DNA of 63,365 nucleotides, counting the filler. It is 7 parts of 7 records of this genome, joined end to end, with 100 filler letters (N's around TTAATTAATTAA, not from the genome) between each part and the next. Parts side by side here need not be neighbours in the genome. Positions count along the whole stretch, not along the records: positions 36,744 to 43,503 come from SRR31156797_2286; positions 43,604 to 49,686 come from SRR31156797_2288; positions 49,787 to 56,873 come from SRR31156797_2295; 4 more parts are not named here. One strand, 5' to 3'. The notes beneath the pieces are model-generated. The model saw only the letters and a list, made by a program, of their open reading frames with translations, was not told the DNA's origin and made no database searches. Of this stretch, positions 41,401 through 50,228 are shown piece by piece. The position numbers and the translations under genes were made by a program. Position 1 is the first letter of the stretch. Each line of letters starts with the position of its first letter.

Positions 41401-42057
41401 AAATCTCTTTGGGATTATTGCAAAGACCTTTTGGCTCGCACTGCATCGCCAAATAAATTTCCAATAATGTTAGATAAACATTACAGAAGTCACCCAAATG
41501 TAATTGGATATTCTAATGAAGCATTTTATACAAACTTACTTAACAACCCATTAGATATATGCACCAAGGATTCTCAATTTCAAATAGAGCCAAAGGGGAT
41601 GTTTTGGATTGATGTGAAAGGTCTACAGAAAGCAAACAACATTAATGTTAATGAAAAGGAAGTTGAAACATCAATTAAGATTGCTGTAAAACTTGCCGAT
41701 AAATATCCTGATATTTCAATTGGAATCGTTACACCTTTTAAGGATCAAGCAAAACAATTAAAATCCAAAATTCCGGCAAAACATAAAGTTAATGAAAGAA
41801 TATTTGCTGACACCGTACATAAATTCCAAGGTGACGAAAAAGATATTATGATTTACAGCCTTGTTGTTACAGATAATTCTCCTAAAACAAAAATACGATG
41901 GATTGATGAGTATGTGCCAAATTTGGTTAATGTTGCTGTTACAAGAGCAAGAAATACTCTATATATTGTTGGTAACAAACAATACATAAAGAACAACTCC
42001 AATGCAACAAAGCCTCTTGGTAAACTCCTCCAATATGTTGAAAATCTATCAAATTGA
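38458..42057 (+). CDS. Class I methyltransferase-like domain fused to a Upf1/Dna2-like SF1 helicase
   Basis: N-terminal IIDWGCGQALAT, LIEPS, FFSNILDI; GPPGTGKT, VIDEASQ, VIGDPLQL, HYRSHP, IVTPF, TVHKFQGDEKD, NVAVTRAR. Confidence 0.9.
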   Translation: MKMKEYNLKIEQLELPTFQQIRKIANESISHLTTEKRNKLWHDLQRGEILLNSHELLCQYLWSYGNMHEAKINSALNSIEEPEKVFNNEFDIIDWGCGQALATICFFDFLKEKNINNNVKEVTLIEPSKITIERAKLHTNSYLKNGSKIRTVNKYLDHVEKSDIKTSQQLTLHFFSNILDISSIDLKRLASLFLNDIIGEHYFFCVGPLNYHSTRIEEFANHLKIDTDLIIKKYQGQLKNTKGTIKLLVFKIKGKEIEVLKTDYYPRAPNNINSLIMVEKILSKIDPAIMVAEERIIQFYKSVIELEQQKEPEIKEFYQYPLSNVNDQSFSIDLSQNSDFLNKFENNRDPIITDWPEDLYIGINAVLNQKSYSLLSYIIPFDEIKNIDPKTQKLNVRLQDFTLNLSVFDKLEFSEKQISELEESIKEASSISRLSSIFEEKIDKDIEIQEGLFLALSSKKQSLLQIYSELNRIDYDKILFGKLLHQFLLSVEIENEMNDLKREDLVQITDIDERQKQAILHAFNNKLSVITGPPGTGKTQVILNILANAIIQNKKVLVASKNNKAVDNVKDRFDKIDNLGFLLRFGSKDVLTNTSIPSINTIVNSIPDLEFDEEHLKNLKLRSTLSKKIINEQKARLKERDNLIAKLPDIESQITSAEETISRYHNKYVNDRNKLIENNSDIDFIRSIYNVSQMDKLNSKLITQKNYLDLKHSGIRKIWMNWFYKKKIANEFLNTINEYPFEIKNYLKLNGLKTQISDYENCQDILTSYKIPISLFSNAIEYIKKLNDLEKEYLKNDESQKVNLKKLTDTRIDYQNEIKEITDNELEIKRNIEENEVTLIKLGKPLVLETIKSRIKHAHIPNIINYLNYLPDDIPWQFALIPAFVNATNSFLDIFNISSVTSLSAKAAFPLEHELFDMVVIDEASQCDIASAIPLILRAKQLVVIGDPLQLKHISKVNGYEEALIKEHLQISDFAFLHYNDKSLWDYCKDLLARTASPNKFPIMLDKHYRSHPNVIGYSNEAFYTNLLNNPLDICTKDSQFQIEPKGMFWIDVKGLQKANNINVNEKEVETSIKIAVKLADKYPDISIGIVTPFKDQAKQLKSKIPAKHKVNERIFADTVHKFQGDEKDIMIYSLVVTDNSPKTKIRWIDEYVPNLVNVAVTRARNTLYIVGNKQYIKNNSNATKPLGKLLQYVENLSN

Positions 42058-42318
42058 CATATCATCTGAGAGAGCTTTTAGGTCAACCCATTTTACAAAA
42101 AGAAACCATATAAAAAACCAAAAAACAAGAATTTCGGAAATCAAAGTCCAGCTTTTGAAAAAACAAAATATGAACAGTTACATAACCTGGGCGATTTTGA
42201 TAATAGGATTTGTGATCGTGGGATTATTTGCAGCTTATTAAAGTATTGGTTTTGTATGGCAAGAGTCCTTCCACATTTTTTCACCTCCTGAAGTTTGGTT
42301 ATCAATTATTATTTACTC

Positions 42319-43341
42319 CTAAAAAGGCGGCCTGTTATCAAATTCATCTCCGTAAAAGTCTAAATCAAATTGCAAATCACGCCTCTGTTTTTCTCTTTCA
42401 GCTACATACTCCTGATAGTAATAATCCGCACATTTTTCACTGTCCGGCTCTAAAAAATCATCCTCGAGATAAAATTCAAGTCGATCCAGGCCATGGTTCA
42501 TCAGGTGTATATGTAAGCGGACATCGCGTAATACCGATTTTATTTCGGCTTCCGCATCGTAGTCAGATTCAAGCAGGATAATTCCGTAGGCAAGCATCTT
42601 ACGTAGTTTTAAGGCATCTTCACAAAGGATTGCATACATCTTTTCATAAGGTGCAATTTCTTTAAAATCCAGCAATACCTGCTCAACCCGGTCAACATAA
42701 TTTAATTTGCCATGAAAGTCAGTCGCGTCACGTGAAAAATAATGATCATAAATCGTGTTGAGTTTTTTCACAAATTCATCCCTGGCCGCAAGAAATTCCT
42801 CATCGAATTTCCGGCAACCCGGCAATTCCCTGCTCCTATCGATATCAGGTATAATTTCGTTGTAGTAGTACTGTTCTGCAAACTTTCTTTCTTCCACTAT
42901 CTTCTGCCTTGTTTGCGCATTAAGTTTATATTCATCCGCTCTGAGATATCGTTCTTCTTCGGTAGTTAATTCCTCCTCCGGGATTTCGTTTATTGCTTCA
43001 TCATCCATCCCCAATTTTTTCATAAGCTTCCACCGCATGACTTTCACCCCCGCTAAACGAAGATCAATTTCAGGTCCATCAGTGTGATCTGGCTCCAGGC
43101 CATTAATCAAATCCATCATTTTGAGAATGATATTGCAAACTTCTTCCAGGATACTTTCATCTGTTGAAGTCTTTTGCCTGGGGCAGTCTAAAACCCGGAG
43201 CATATTTTTCAAGCCAATCCGGAGCATTCTTACATTTCGGGTAGCAATGGAATTGGACATTTCCCGCAAAATTTCATGGGTTCGTTCCTGGTTTCTGACA
43301 GGTTGCTGTGAAACAGAGTGTGATTTTAGCATGTTGTCCAT
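42319..43341 (-). CDS. Hypothetical acidic helical protein
   Basis: 340-aa ORF; Bacteroidota-type TAAATTTG element 26-33 nt upstream on the minus strand. Confidence 0.75.
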   Translation of the reverse strand: MDNMLKSHSVSQQPVRNQERTHEILREMSNSIATRNVRMLRIGLKNMLRVLDCPRQKTSTDESILEEVCNIILKMMDLINGLEPDHTDGPEIDLRLAGVKVMRWKLMKKLGMDDEAINEIPEEELTTEEERYLRADEYKLNAQTRQKIVEERKFAEQYYYNEIIPDIDRSRELPGCRKFDEEFLAARDEFVKKLNTIYDHYFSRDATDFHGKLNYVDRVEQVLLDFKEIAPYEKMYAILCEDALKLRKMLAYGIILLESDYDAEAEIKSVLRDVRLHIHLMNHGLDRLEFYLEDDFLEPDSEKCADYYYQEYVAEREKQRRDLQFDLDFYGDEFDNRPPF

Positions 43342-43366
43342 TTTTTATTAATTGACCTACTCCCGG

Positions 43367-43374
43367 CAAATTTA
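43367..43374 (-). promoter_or_regulatory. Bacteroidota-type -7 promoter element (TAnnTTTG)
   Basis: Minus strand TAAATTTG upstream of the 42319-43341 ORF. Confidence 0.5.
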
Positions 43375-43443
43375 GGAATTTTGCAAAATCACAAAAAGTG
43401 TTGTTAACAAAACATCAAACTCTTATTGTTCAAGAATTAAACT

Positions 43444-43503
43444 CCACCCTGGCACCGCGGCGCCGGGGATGACGCCTGGCTGTTTGTGGATGAGGTGGTG
43501 GTG
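43444..43503 (+). repeat. Orphan gene 3'-end fragment containing the right copy of the 25-bp direct repeat (att-like)
   Basis: Reads PPWHRGAGDDAWLFVDEVVV; 42/60 GC in an AT-rich contig; in-frame TAA just upstream at 43438-43440. Confidence 0.8.
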
Positions 43504-43603
43504 NNNNNNNNNNNNNNNNNNNNNNNNNNNNNNNNNNNNNNNNNNNNTTAATTAATTAANNNNNNNNNNNNNNNNNNNNNNNNNNNNNNNNNNNNNNNNN
43601 NNN
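43504..43603. other. Artificial contig spacer
   Basis: N44-TTAATTAATTAA-N44. Confidence 0.98.
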
Positions 43604-43604
43604 T

Positions 43605-44159
43605 CCCCTTGTAAATCCTCAACCTGAAAGTTATTGGGGAAATGTCAATCCTGTTGGACCAAGAGGAGTATATGACGAGGCTAAACGATATGCAGAAGCT
43701 ATTACTATGGCATATCACACTCACCACGGAATTGACACAAGAATTGTCCGCATATTCAACACATATGGTCCACGAATGAGAGCAGGTGATGGAAGAGTGG
43801 TTCCTAATTTCATAAACCAGGCATTGAAGGGAGAAGATATCACAGTATACGGGGATGGCTCTCAAACACGTTCATTCTGCTATGTATCAGATCTCATTAA
43901 TGGAATATACAAATTGATGATGTCTGACTTTTGCGAGCCTGTGAATTTAGGAAATCCACTAGAGATGTCAATATTAGAATTTGCTAAAACTGTTATCGAG
44001 ATAACAGGTTCCGATTCAAATATTGTTTTCAATGATTTGCCGATTGACGATCCGAAGGTCAGAAGACCTGATATTAGTAGGGCTAAAGAGATCTTGGAAT
44101 GGGAACCTAAGGTTGAGTTAAGAAGTGGGCTGAAAAAGACAGTGCAGTATTTTAAATAA
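43605..44159 (+). CDS. UDP-glucuronate decarboxylase-like NAD-dependent SDR, 5'-truncated
   Basis: [19 protein letters not shown] (YxxxK), [34 protein letters not shown]. Confidence 0.92.
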   Translation, partial: PLVNPQPESYWGNVNPVGPRGVYDEAKRYAEAITMAYHTHHGIDTRIVRIFNTYGPRMRAGDGRVVPNFINQALKGEDITVYGDGSQTRSFCYVSDLINGIYKLMMSDFCEPVNLGNPLEMSILEFAKTVIEITGSDSNIVFNDLPIDDPKVRRPDISRAKEILEWEPKVELRSGLKKTVQYFK

Positions 44160-44249
44160 AAATGTATCGAATATTTATAGTACATTATTGGATAATGTAA
44201 TCAAAATTTTTTTAAAAATAAATTCCCACTGGCCATCTAAGGTAAAGAT

Positions 44250-45725
44250 ATGTTTTTAAAAGAATTATACTCAAGAATAATAAGTGTTGGAGAAGTTCAA
44301 CGTCAGAGCATAGCCTTATTAGTTGGACAGATCTCTTATACATTTCTTGGATTTCTTAGTACAATGTACTTTGCCCACACCCTTGGCTCAAGTGCACTAG
44401 GAGCTTACTTCCTTTTTCTCGCATATTATGGCATAATCAACATGATTAGTGATGGAGGGTTTGGAGGAGCTGCAACAAAACGCATAAGTGAAGGAGAACA
44501 GCAGAATGAATATTTCACAGCTTTCTTTTTATTACGTTTTTCAGTAGTAGTAGTTGTTATCTTTAGCCTGTTAGTTTTCCAAAAATATTTTGTTGATTTG
44601 ACTGAAGCGGGTCTTTTCAATTGGCTTTTCCTTGCATTAATAATATCGTTCATTTACGGATCACTCATAAATGGAATTGCGGGCACTGGCAAAATGGGAA
44701 TATATGCAGCGGGGACTTTCGTCAGTAATACCTCTAAATTTATAATTCAGATTATTGCGGTGTTCTTAGGATATGGTGTTGCAGGATTGATAGGTGGATT
44801 TATTGCAGGATTTTTTATTGCTTCAATAATTGAATTCAAATTTTTTGAGTTACATTTTGCCAAGTACAAATTGTCACATGTAAAAAATTTACTTACATTT
44901 TCATTCTGGTTATTCTTAACATCATCTGGAGTAGTCCTATATTCACATATTGATACAATAATGATTGGATATTACATGAGTAATTCCGATGTTGGTATTT
45001 ACAAAGTCGTTTTTCAATTTTCAACACTTGCAATTGTTCCAACAACTGCAATCCGTGCGGCATTGTGGCCAAAAATCAGTCGGTGGAACAAAAACAATAA
45101 AATAGATTTAATTGAAAAATCACTCTCTAAAGCCATTACATATTCACTAATGGTATCTTTGCCTATATTTGCAGGAGGAATCATAATTGGAAAACAACTG
45201 CTTTACTATTTCTATGGTTCAGACTTTAAAAGTGGGTATTTAGTACTTATCATTCTGCTTTTTGTGCAAACCATTAATGTATTTCAATTTTTTATAACTA
45301 TGTATATTAGTGCCCTTGACAGGCAAAAAGACTCGTTCAAGGTCACAGCTATTGGTGCTTCTGCAAATATTGTTGTAAACCTGGCACTTATCCCAATTAT
45401 TGGAATAGAGGGAGCCGCCATTGCAACCTTGATAACTATGGGACTAAACACCATTCTAGCAAAAAAAGTATTAGACAGCATGATTACAATTAAATTGAAC
45501 TATGAAAACATAACCAATATTTTCAAGGCCTCTGCAATTATGGCTTTATTAATAGGAGTTTATCGGTTTTTTGTACCCATATCCAACATTTGGATGGCAA
45601 TAATTCCAGTTCTTCTGGGAGGAGCAACATATGGAATACTACTATTAAGATATGACAGGATAATATGCAAAGAACTTAAAAGCATATTTGAGCAAATGAG
45701 AATTACATGGCCAACTTGGTTGTAA
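44250..45725 (+). CDS. Oligosaccharide flippase (Wzx/AglR-like, MOP superfamily)
   Basis: About 14 TM helices, IDTIMIGYY, VGIY, NLALIPIIGIEGAAIAT. Confidence 0.9.
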   Translation: MFLKELYSRIISVGEVQRQSIALLVGQISYTFLGFLSTMYFAHTLGSSALGAYFLFLAYYGIINMISDGGFGGAATKRISEGEQQNEYFTAFFLLRFSVVVVVIFSLLVFQKYFVDLTEAGLFNWLFLALIISFIYGSLINGIAGTGKMGIYAAGTFVSNTSKFIIQIIAVFLGYGVAGLIGGFIAGFFIASIIEFKFFELHFAKYKLSHVKNLLTFSFWLFLTSSGVVLYSHIDTIMIGYYMSNSDVGIYKVVFQFSTLAIVPTTAIRAALWPKISRWNKNNKIDLIEKSLSKAITYSLMVSLPIFAGGIIIGKQLLYYFYGSDFKSGYLVLIILLFVQTINVFQFFITMYISALDRQKDSFKVTAIGASANIVVNLALIPIIGIEGAAIATLITMGLNTILAKKVLDSMITIKLNYENITNIFKASAIMALLIGVYRFFVPISNIWMAIIPVLLGGATYGILLLRYDRIICKELKSIFEQMRITWPTWL

Positions 45726-45809
45726 TGAGCAAAATTAACTATTGAGATTTCATTTCTTATCAAACTGTTACATCAATCCTCACAAGGAAGAAAACATGGA
45801 GAATAGCGG

Positions 45810-47237
45810 ATGACTAAAAAAAGTATATTATTTATCACGCATCATAATAACGATTTTGATCATTTTTTACCTTTAATTAGTAATTATGTACAAAACAAAG
45901 ATTTTGCAGTTAAAATCTTAGCTTTCTATTCAAAGGATGAAATTCTAAAGAACAAATTGCACCGGCATATTTGTAGGAAAAACTCTATTGATTTAGAATC
46001 AATGGCAGAAGTCTGCCATCTAAAAACAGTAAATAATCTTATAAATAAAATACATAGTTACTCTTTGAATTCAAAAGAAAGCAAAAAGACTAAAAATTTA
46101 ATTGAAAAAATTAAACGAGGAATAATTGGTTTTCTGGAATCACCAAAAAATACAATACTACAGTATTCAAAATTCGTGATATTACGATATCATGTGATTT
46201 GTTCAATTTTCATGTTGAATGAAAATAAAATAAAAGAATACATCAAACTAAATAATATTAACTTATTAATTATCGATCAAAGATCAGTAGACAAATCATT
46301 AATCTCTTCTAATCCATTTAAAGGATTTATTAACTCCTATCTTAGAAAAATAGATCCAATGAATTTGGTATTGTTCCGAGTTACAAATGTGGCTAGAAAA
46401 TGTGGAATACCCATTTTTATGATGCCGCATGGACCCCAACCCATCTCAAAAGGTAACCTTGACAAAAGAAACAAATGGCGTATTGAAAATCAAAAAAATC
46501 CATTTCGTCCTGATCATCTAATATTATGCTCAAGTAAAGAAATTAATTCATTGCATTATATGAAAGGACTAAAATCAACTTCCTGTCTTGGTGATCCCAG
46601 ATTTGACATTGAATGGATAAATTATCTTGAAGCATGCGCTTTGAAAGCATATGAATCTACTATATCAAAACCTGCAGGAAAAATAGTTTTGTTATATTTA
46701 ATGGATATTTTTGCGTATAATGTTGAAAACAATTTTTGTTTCAAACAAGAAATGAACAAAGATATTTTGTCCCTAGTTAATTATTTTCCTGAATTGGAAA
46801 TCTGGGTCAAACACCACCCCCGTGATGTTTACAAAATATCACTCGACTTCATAGATATTAATAGAAGGGAAAATATCAAACAATTTGGAAATGATACAGA
46901 TACAAACATTCTACTAGCTAAAGCGGACATTTGTCTGGCAGCATCTTCTACTGTATTGATATCCCCAATATTACAAAGAAAACCAGTTATATTTTATAGC
47001 AAATGGAAAAATGTTCTTCAAAATGTAACATGTATTTATGATGGCATGACATTTGAAGCTTCATCAAAAGAGCAACTAATAGAGATGTTCGAACTAGTAA
47101 AAAACAACAACTACTCAATAAAAGATTCCTTTTTACAGAATTTTTATAATAGCGTCTTTTCAGGGGATCGTTTATATGAGAACATGCTTGAAAAATACAT
47201 TAAAAAAATAGATGAAATTCTAGAAAAGCCGATGTAA
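45810..47237 (+). CDS. GT-B fold transferase-like protein (polyol-phosphate/sialyl transferase-like)
   Basis: MMPHG, LGDPRFD, VKHHPR, ASSTV..SPILQRKPVI motifs; glycan cluster context. Confidence 0.6.
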   Translation: MTKKSILFITHHNNDFDHFLPLISNYVQNKDFAVKILAFYSKDEILKNKLHRHICRKNSIDLESMAEVCHLKTVNNLINKIHSYSLNSKESKKTKNLIEKIKRGIIGFLESPKNTILQYSKFVILRYHVICSIFMLNENKIKEYIKLNNINLLIIDQRSVDKSLISSNPFKGFINSYLRKIDPMNLVLFRVTNVARKCGIPIFMMPHGPQPISKGNLDKRNKWRIENQKNPFRPDHLILCSSKEINSLHYMKGLKSTSCLGDPRFDIEWINYLEACALKAYESTISKPAGKIVLLYLMDIFAYNVENNFCFKQEMNKDILSLVNYFPELEIWVKHHPRDVYKISLDFIDINRRENIKQFGNDTDTNILLAKADICLAASSTVLISPILQRKPVIFYSKWKNVLQNVTCIYDGMTFEASSKEQLIEMFELVKNNNYSIKDSFLQNFYNSVFSGDRLYENMLEKYIKKIDEILEKPM

Positions 47238-47360
47238 GATGAAAAGAGAATCATAGGGGATGCATATATATTAATGTGACTCATATTACATGAGCACAAA
47301 TTAATATTATATTAACAAATAATAAATTTGCATTCAATAAAATATAATATCGAGGGGAAT

Positions 47361-47900
47361 ATGAAACAGGACAATACTGAAGAACGGAAAGCTTTTTTGC
47401 TAGATCACTATGAAGGCAAGAAAATAGTAAATGTAGGTTCTGGTGGATTGTATTTGAAGAATGCAATAAACATTGATATGAACAAAATGAAAAAGCCTGA
47501 CATTATAGGAGATTTTCATCATCTTCCTTTCAAAAATAACTCATTTGACGTTGCTTTTGCACTTGATATTATAGAGCATACCAGAACTCCAGTGAAACTG
47601 TTGGAGGAACTGGAGCGAGTTAGCACTAACGTAATTGTGGAATGTCTTGATTTTGATTTATGCCATGAAAACTGGACGAATGATGATACCCACGTATACT
47701 ACATTAACAAAAAATCGATGGGAGAGTTGATGGTTCCAAGAGGATACAAATTATTTGAGTTTTTAAGATTACACATCGATGGGAAGCATTTCAGAAAAAG
47801 TATGCTTGTTGGTGTAAAAAAACAGAAAAAATTTGATAAGCAAATGTACTTCCTCGTTTCTATGAAACTGGCATTTAAGCGAGTATTGAACAAACTATGA
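47361..47900 (+). CDS. Class I SAM-dependent methyltransferase (type 11-like)
   Basis: VNVGSG, GDFHHLPFKNNSFD, DIIEH; SD GAGGGG before ATG 47361. Confidence 0.8.
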   Translation: MKQDNTEERKAFLLDHYEGKKIVNVGSGGLYLKNAINIDMNKMKKPDIIGDFHHLPFKNNSFDVAFALDIIEHTRTPVKLLEELERVSTNVIVECLDFDLCHENWTNDDTHVYYINKKSMGELMVPRGYKLFEFLRLHIDGKHFRKSMLVGVKKQKKFDKQMYFLVSMKLAFKRVLNKL

Positions 47901-47926
47901 TAGCCAAGTAATATAATGTAAAAAAA

Positions 47927-49306
47927 GTGATGAATATGGGAGAAAGCAAAAATATATTGTTAGTTGACCCACCACAGAATAATTATCATGAAGGTATGAG
48001 AAAAAAATATCCATCTGGAGCACTGATATTACTTGGTACTTTGTGCTACAATCAGGGACATAACGTCAAAATTGTGGATATGGCAACTGAAGAAGTAGAC
48101 ATTACAGAACTGAAGGATATAATAAAATCATTTCAAACTGACATCTTAGCAGTAACCGAGAATACATTCCAAACTAAATTTTCAAAAAAGGTCATTGACG
48201 CGTGCAAAGATGTAGACCCAAATATATTAACAGTTGTTGGTGGACCGCATCCATCTTCAATTGGATTGAAAATATTTGAAGAGATATCATTAGTAGATGT
48301 ATCAGTTATTGGAGAAGGGGAAATCACATTTTTAGAAATTATAAAAGGTGTTGATCTTAAATCAATTAAAGGCATTTGTTACAATAATAAAATGAACGAG
48401 CCCAGACCATTTGCAGAAAATCTGGATGATATTCCTTTGCCTAAATTAGATTTGGTCGATATCAATAAATATACTGGACTGGGTAAAAATAGTGAGAAAT
48501 CAATGTATATTATGGCTTCAAGAGGATGCCCTTCACATTGTATCTATTGTAACAAATCTGTTTTCGGTCACAAAGTACGATATCGAAAACCAAGTAAAGT
48601 CATAGAAGAAGTAAAGTGGCTCTACGAACAATATGGAATTAAAAACATATATTTTCAGGATGATACATTTAATTTGAATCGCAAATGGATAGAAGAAATA
48701 CTAAACTTAATAATAGACAATAACTTAAATGGAAATATCTCATACCAAGCCCCTTTCAGAGCAAACAAAAGTTTAGTGGATGAAGAATTGTTGCAATTAG
48801 TAAAAAAAGCTGGGTTTAAACGAGTATTATATGGTGTGGAAAGTGGAAACCAGAATATGCTAAACACAATGAAAAAAGGGATAAAGATTGAAGAAGTAAG
48901 AAGAGCTTTTAAACTTACGCGAGATGCAGGTTTAGATTCACTTGCTTTTTTCATGATAGGTCTACCTGGAGAAAATGAAAAAACAATAAAAGATACTTTG
49001 GATTTACAAAAGGAATTAAATAGTGATTCTGGATTATCCTTAGCCACACCATTCCCTAACACAGAATTTGACCAGATGTTACGCGATAAAGGTCATTTGT
49101 TAAATGGCAATTACGATGACTATCACTACAGTGGATGCTATATCCGTACAGATGAATTATCAAGCGATGAAATTGAGTCATATCATGCACTTATCAATCT
49201 GAGTAAAAGGAGTAAATTAGTAGCAAAGTTGCCTGTATTAAAAATTGCAAAAAATAGAGTATTTAGAAAATTATACCACTTTTACAACAGCGCCCTGAAA
49301 AATTAA
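47927..49306 (+). CDS. Cobalamin-binding radical SAM enzyme (class B methylase-like)
   Basis: VVGGPHPS, GEGE, SRGCPSHCIYC (CX3CX2C), FQDDTF, GVESG, FMIGLPGE. Confidence 0.92.
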   Translation: MMNMGESKNILLVDPPQNNYHEGMRKKYPSGALILLGTLCYNQGHNVKIVDMATEEVDITELKDIIKSFQTDILAVTENTFQTKFSKKVIDACKDVDPNILTVVGGPHPSSIGLKIFEEISLVDVSVIGEGEITFLEIIKGVDLKSIKGICYNNKMNEPRPFAENLDDIPLPKLDLVDINKYTGLGKNSEKSMYIMASRGCPSHCIYCNKSVFGHKVRYRKPSKVIEEVKWLYEQYGIKNIYFQDDTFNLNRKWIEEILNLIIDNNLNGNISYQAPFRANKSLVDEELLQLVKKAGFKRVLYGVESGNQNMLNTMKKGIKIEEVRRAFKLTRDAGLDSLAFFMIGLPGENEKTIKDTLDLQKELNSDSGLSLATPFPNTEFDQMLRDKGHLLNGNYDDYHYSGCYIRTDELSSDEIESYHALINLSKRSKLVAKLPVLKIAKNRVFRKLYHFYNSALKN

Positions 49307-49356
49307 CTAATTTATTATTTTTATAGATATAAAGCCAAATACTAAAAGGTAATTGC

Positions 49357-49686
49357 ATGAAAGTAGGAATCATAACAGAAGTCATGGATCTGGAAGAAAA
49401 ATCCGGCATACCTAACTATCTTAAATATATTCTTTCCAATATTCCCCATGTAAATCAAGGACATGAATTTTGTCTCATCCATTATCAAAAAAGCAATGAC
49501 CAATTGTATAAAAGTATGGATGAGATGATTGTTCCATTATACAATGTAAAACCAACAAGATTTTTACAAACTGTACTCACTGATACAATTAAACTACCCT
49601 CTATGATAAAAGAGAATGAAATTGATGTAATTCATAATCCATCACCAACTCCCTTTCATAATCCTTTTTTTCTTCAGAATGGATTT
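49357..49686 (+). CDS. Glycosyltransferase family 4, 3'-truncated
   Basis: MKVGII...SGIPNY...I, IDVIH GT4-like N-terminus. Confidence 0.75.
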
Positions 49687-49786
49687 NNNNNNNNNNNNNN
49701 NNNNNNNNNNNNNNNNNNNNNNNNNNNNNNTTAATTAATTAANNNNNNNNNNNNNNNNNNNNNNNNNNNNNNNNNNNNNNNNNNNN
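49687..49786. other. Artificial contig spacer
   Basis: N44-TTAATTAATTAA-N44. Confidence 0.98.
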
Positions 49787-49787
49787 T

Positions 49788-49847
49788 CTGATCGTCCTCG
49801 GTTTCGCTGTCAAAGAGAAGAAGGAAGCGGTGCCCGCGGCCGCCTGA
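49788..49847 (+). CDS. 3' end of a membrane protein gene truncated by contig start
   Basis: LIVLGFAVKEKKEAVPAAA*. Confidence 0.45.
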   Translation: MIVLGFAVKEKKEAVPAAA

Positions 49848-49858
49848 GTCCTGCTATA

Positions 49859-50022
49859 GGAATTATATGGGGTCGCCGGCTGACGCCGGACAGGCTCTAT
49901 ATAGTGCGGCTTGCGAAGCAAACGCACGGACTATGGTCCAATGCCCTATCGGGAGTTCCTTAATCCGGCTTCCAGTCGGGATCGCTCCTCGGCCTACGGC
50001 CTGTGGTGCGACCCTATAATCC
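49859..50022. repeat. Palindromic REP/MITE-like intergenic element
   Basis: Imperfect terminal inverted repeats GGAATTATATGGGGTCGC / GCGACCCTATAATCC; internal GCTT-GCG-AAGC and GGCC-TAC-GGCC hairpins. Confidence 0.5.
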
Positions 50023-50228
50023 ACGCCGCCGGAGAACTCCCGGGCATTTCCCCTCCGATCCTTCGGCCGGAAGGGAAAAAACGCCCGGAAAAGGATTCAT
50101 ACTTTGGTATGAATCACCCCTATACCGTTCATACTTCCGTCGTATTTTCCTATTTAACAGCGATTTAGCCATAGAACACAGATCCGGAGCTTATTAAGAT
50201 CCACCCATCTTCAAAACCGGGAGGATCT

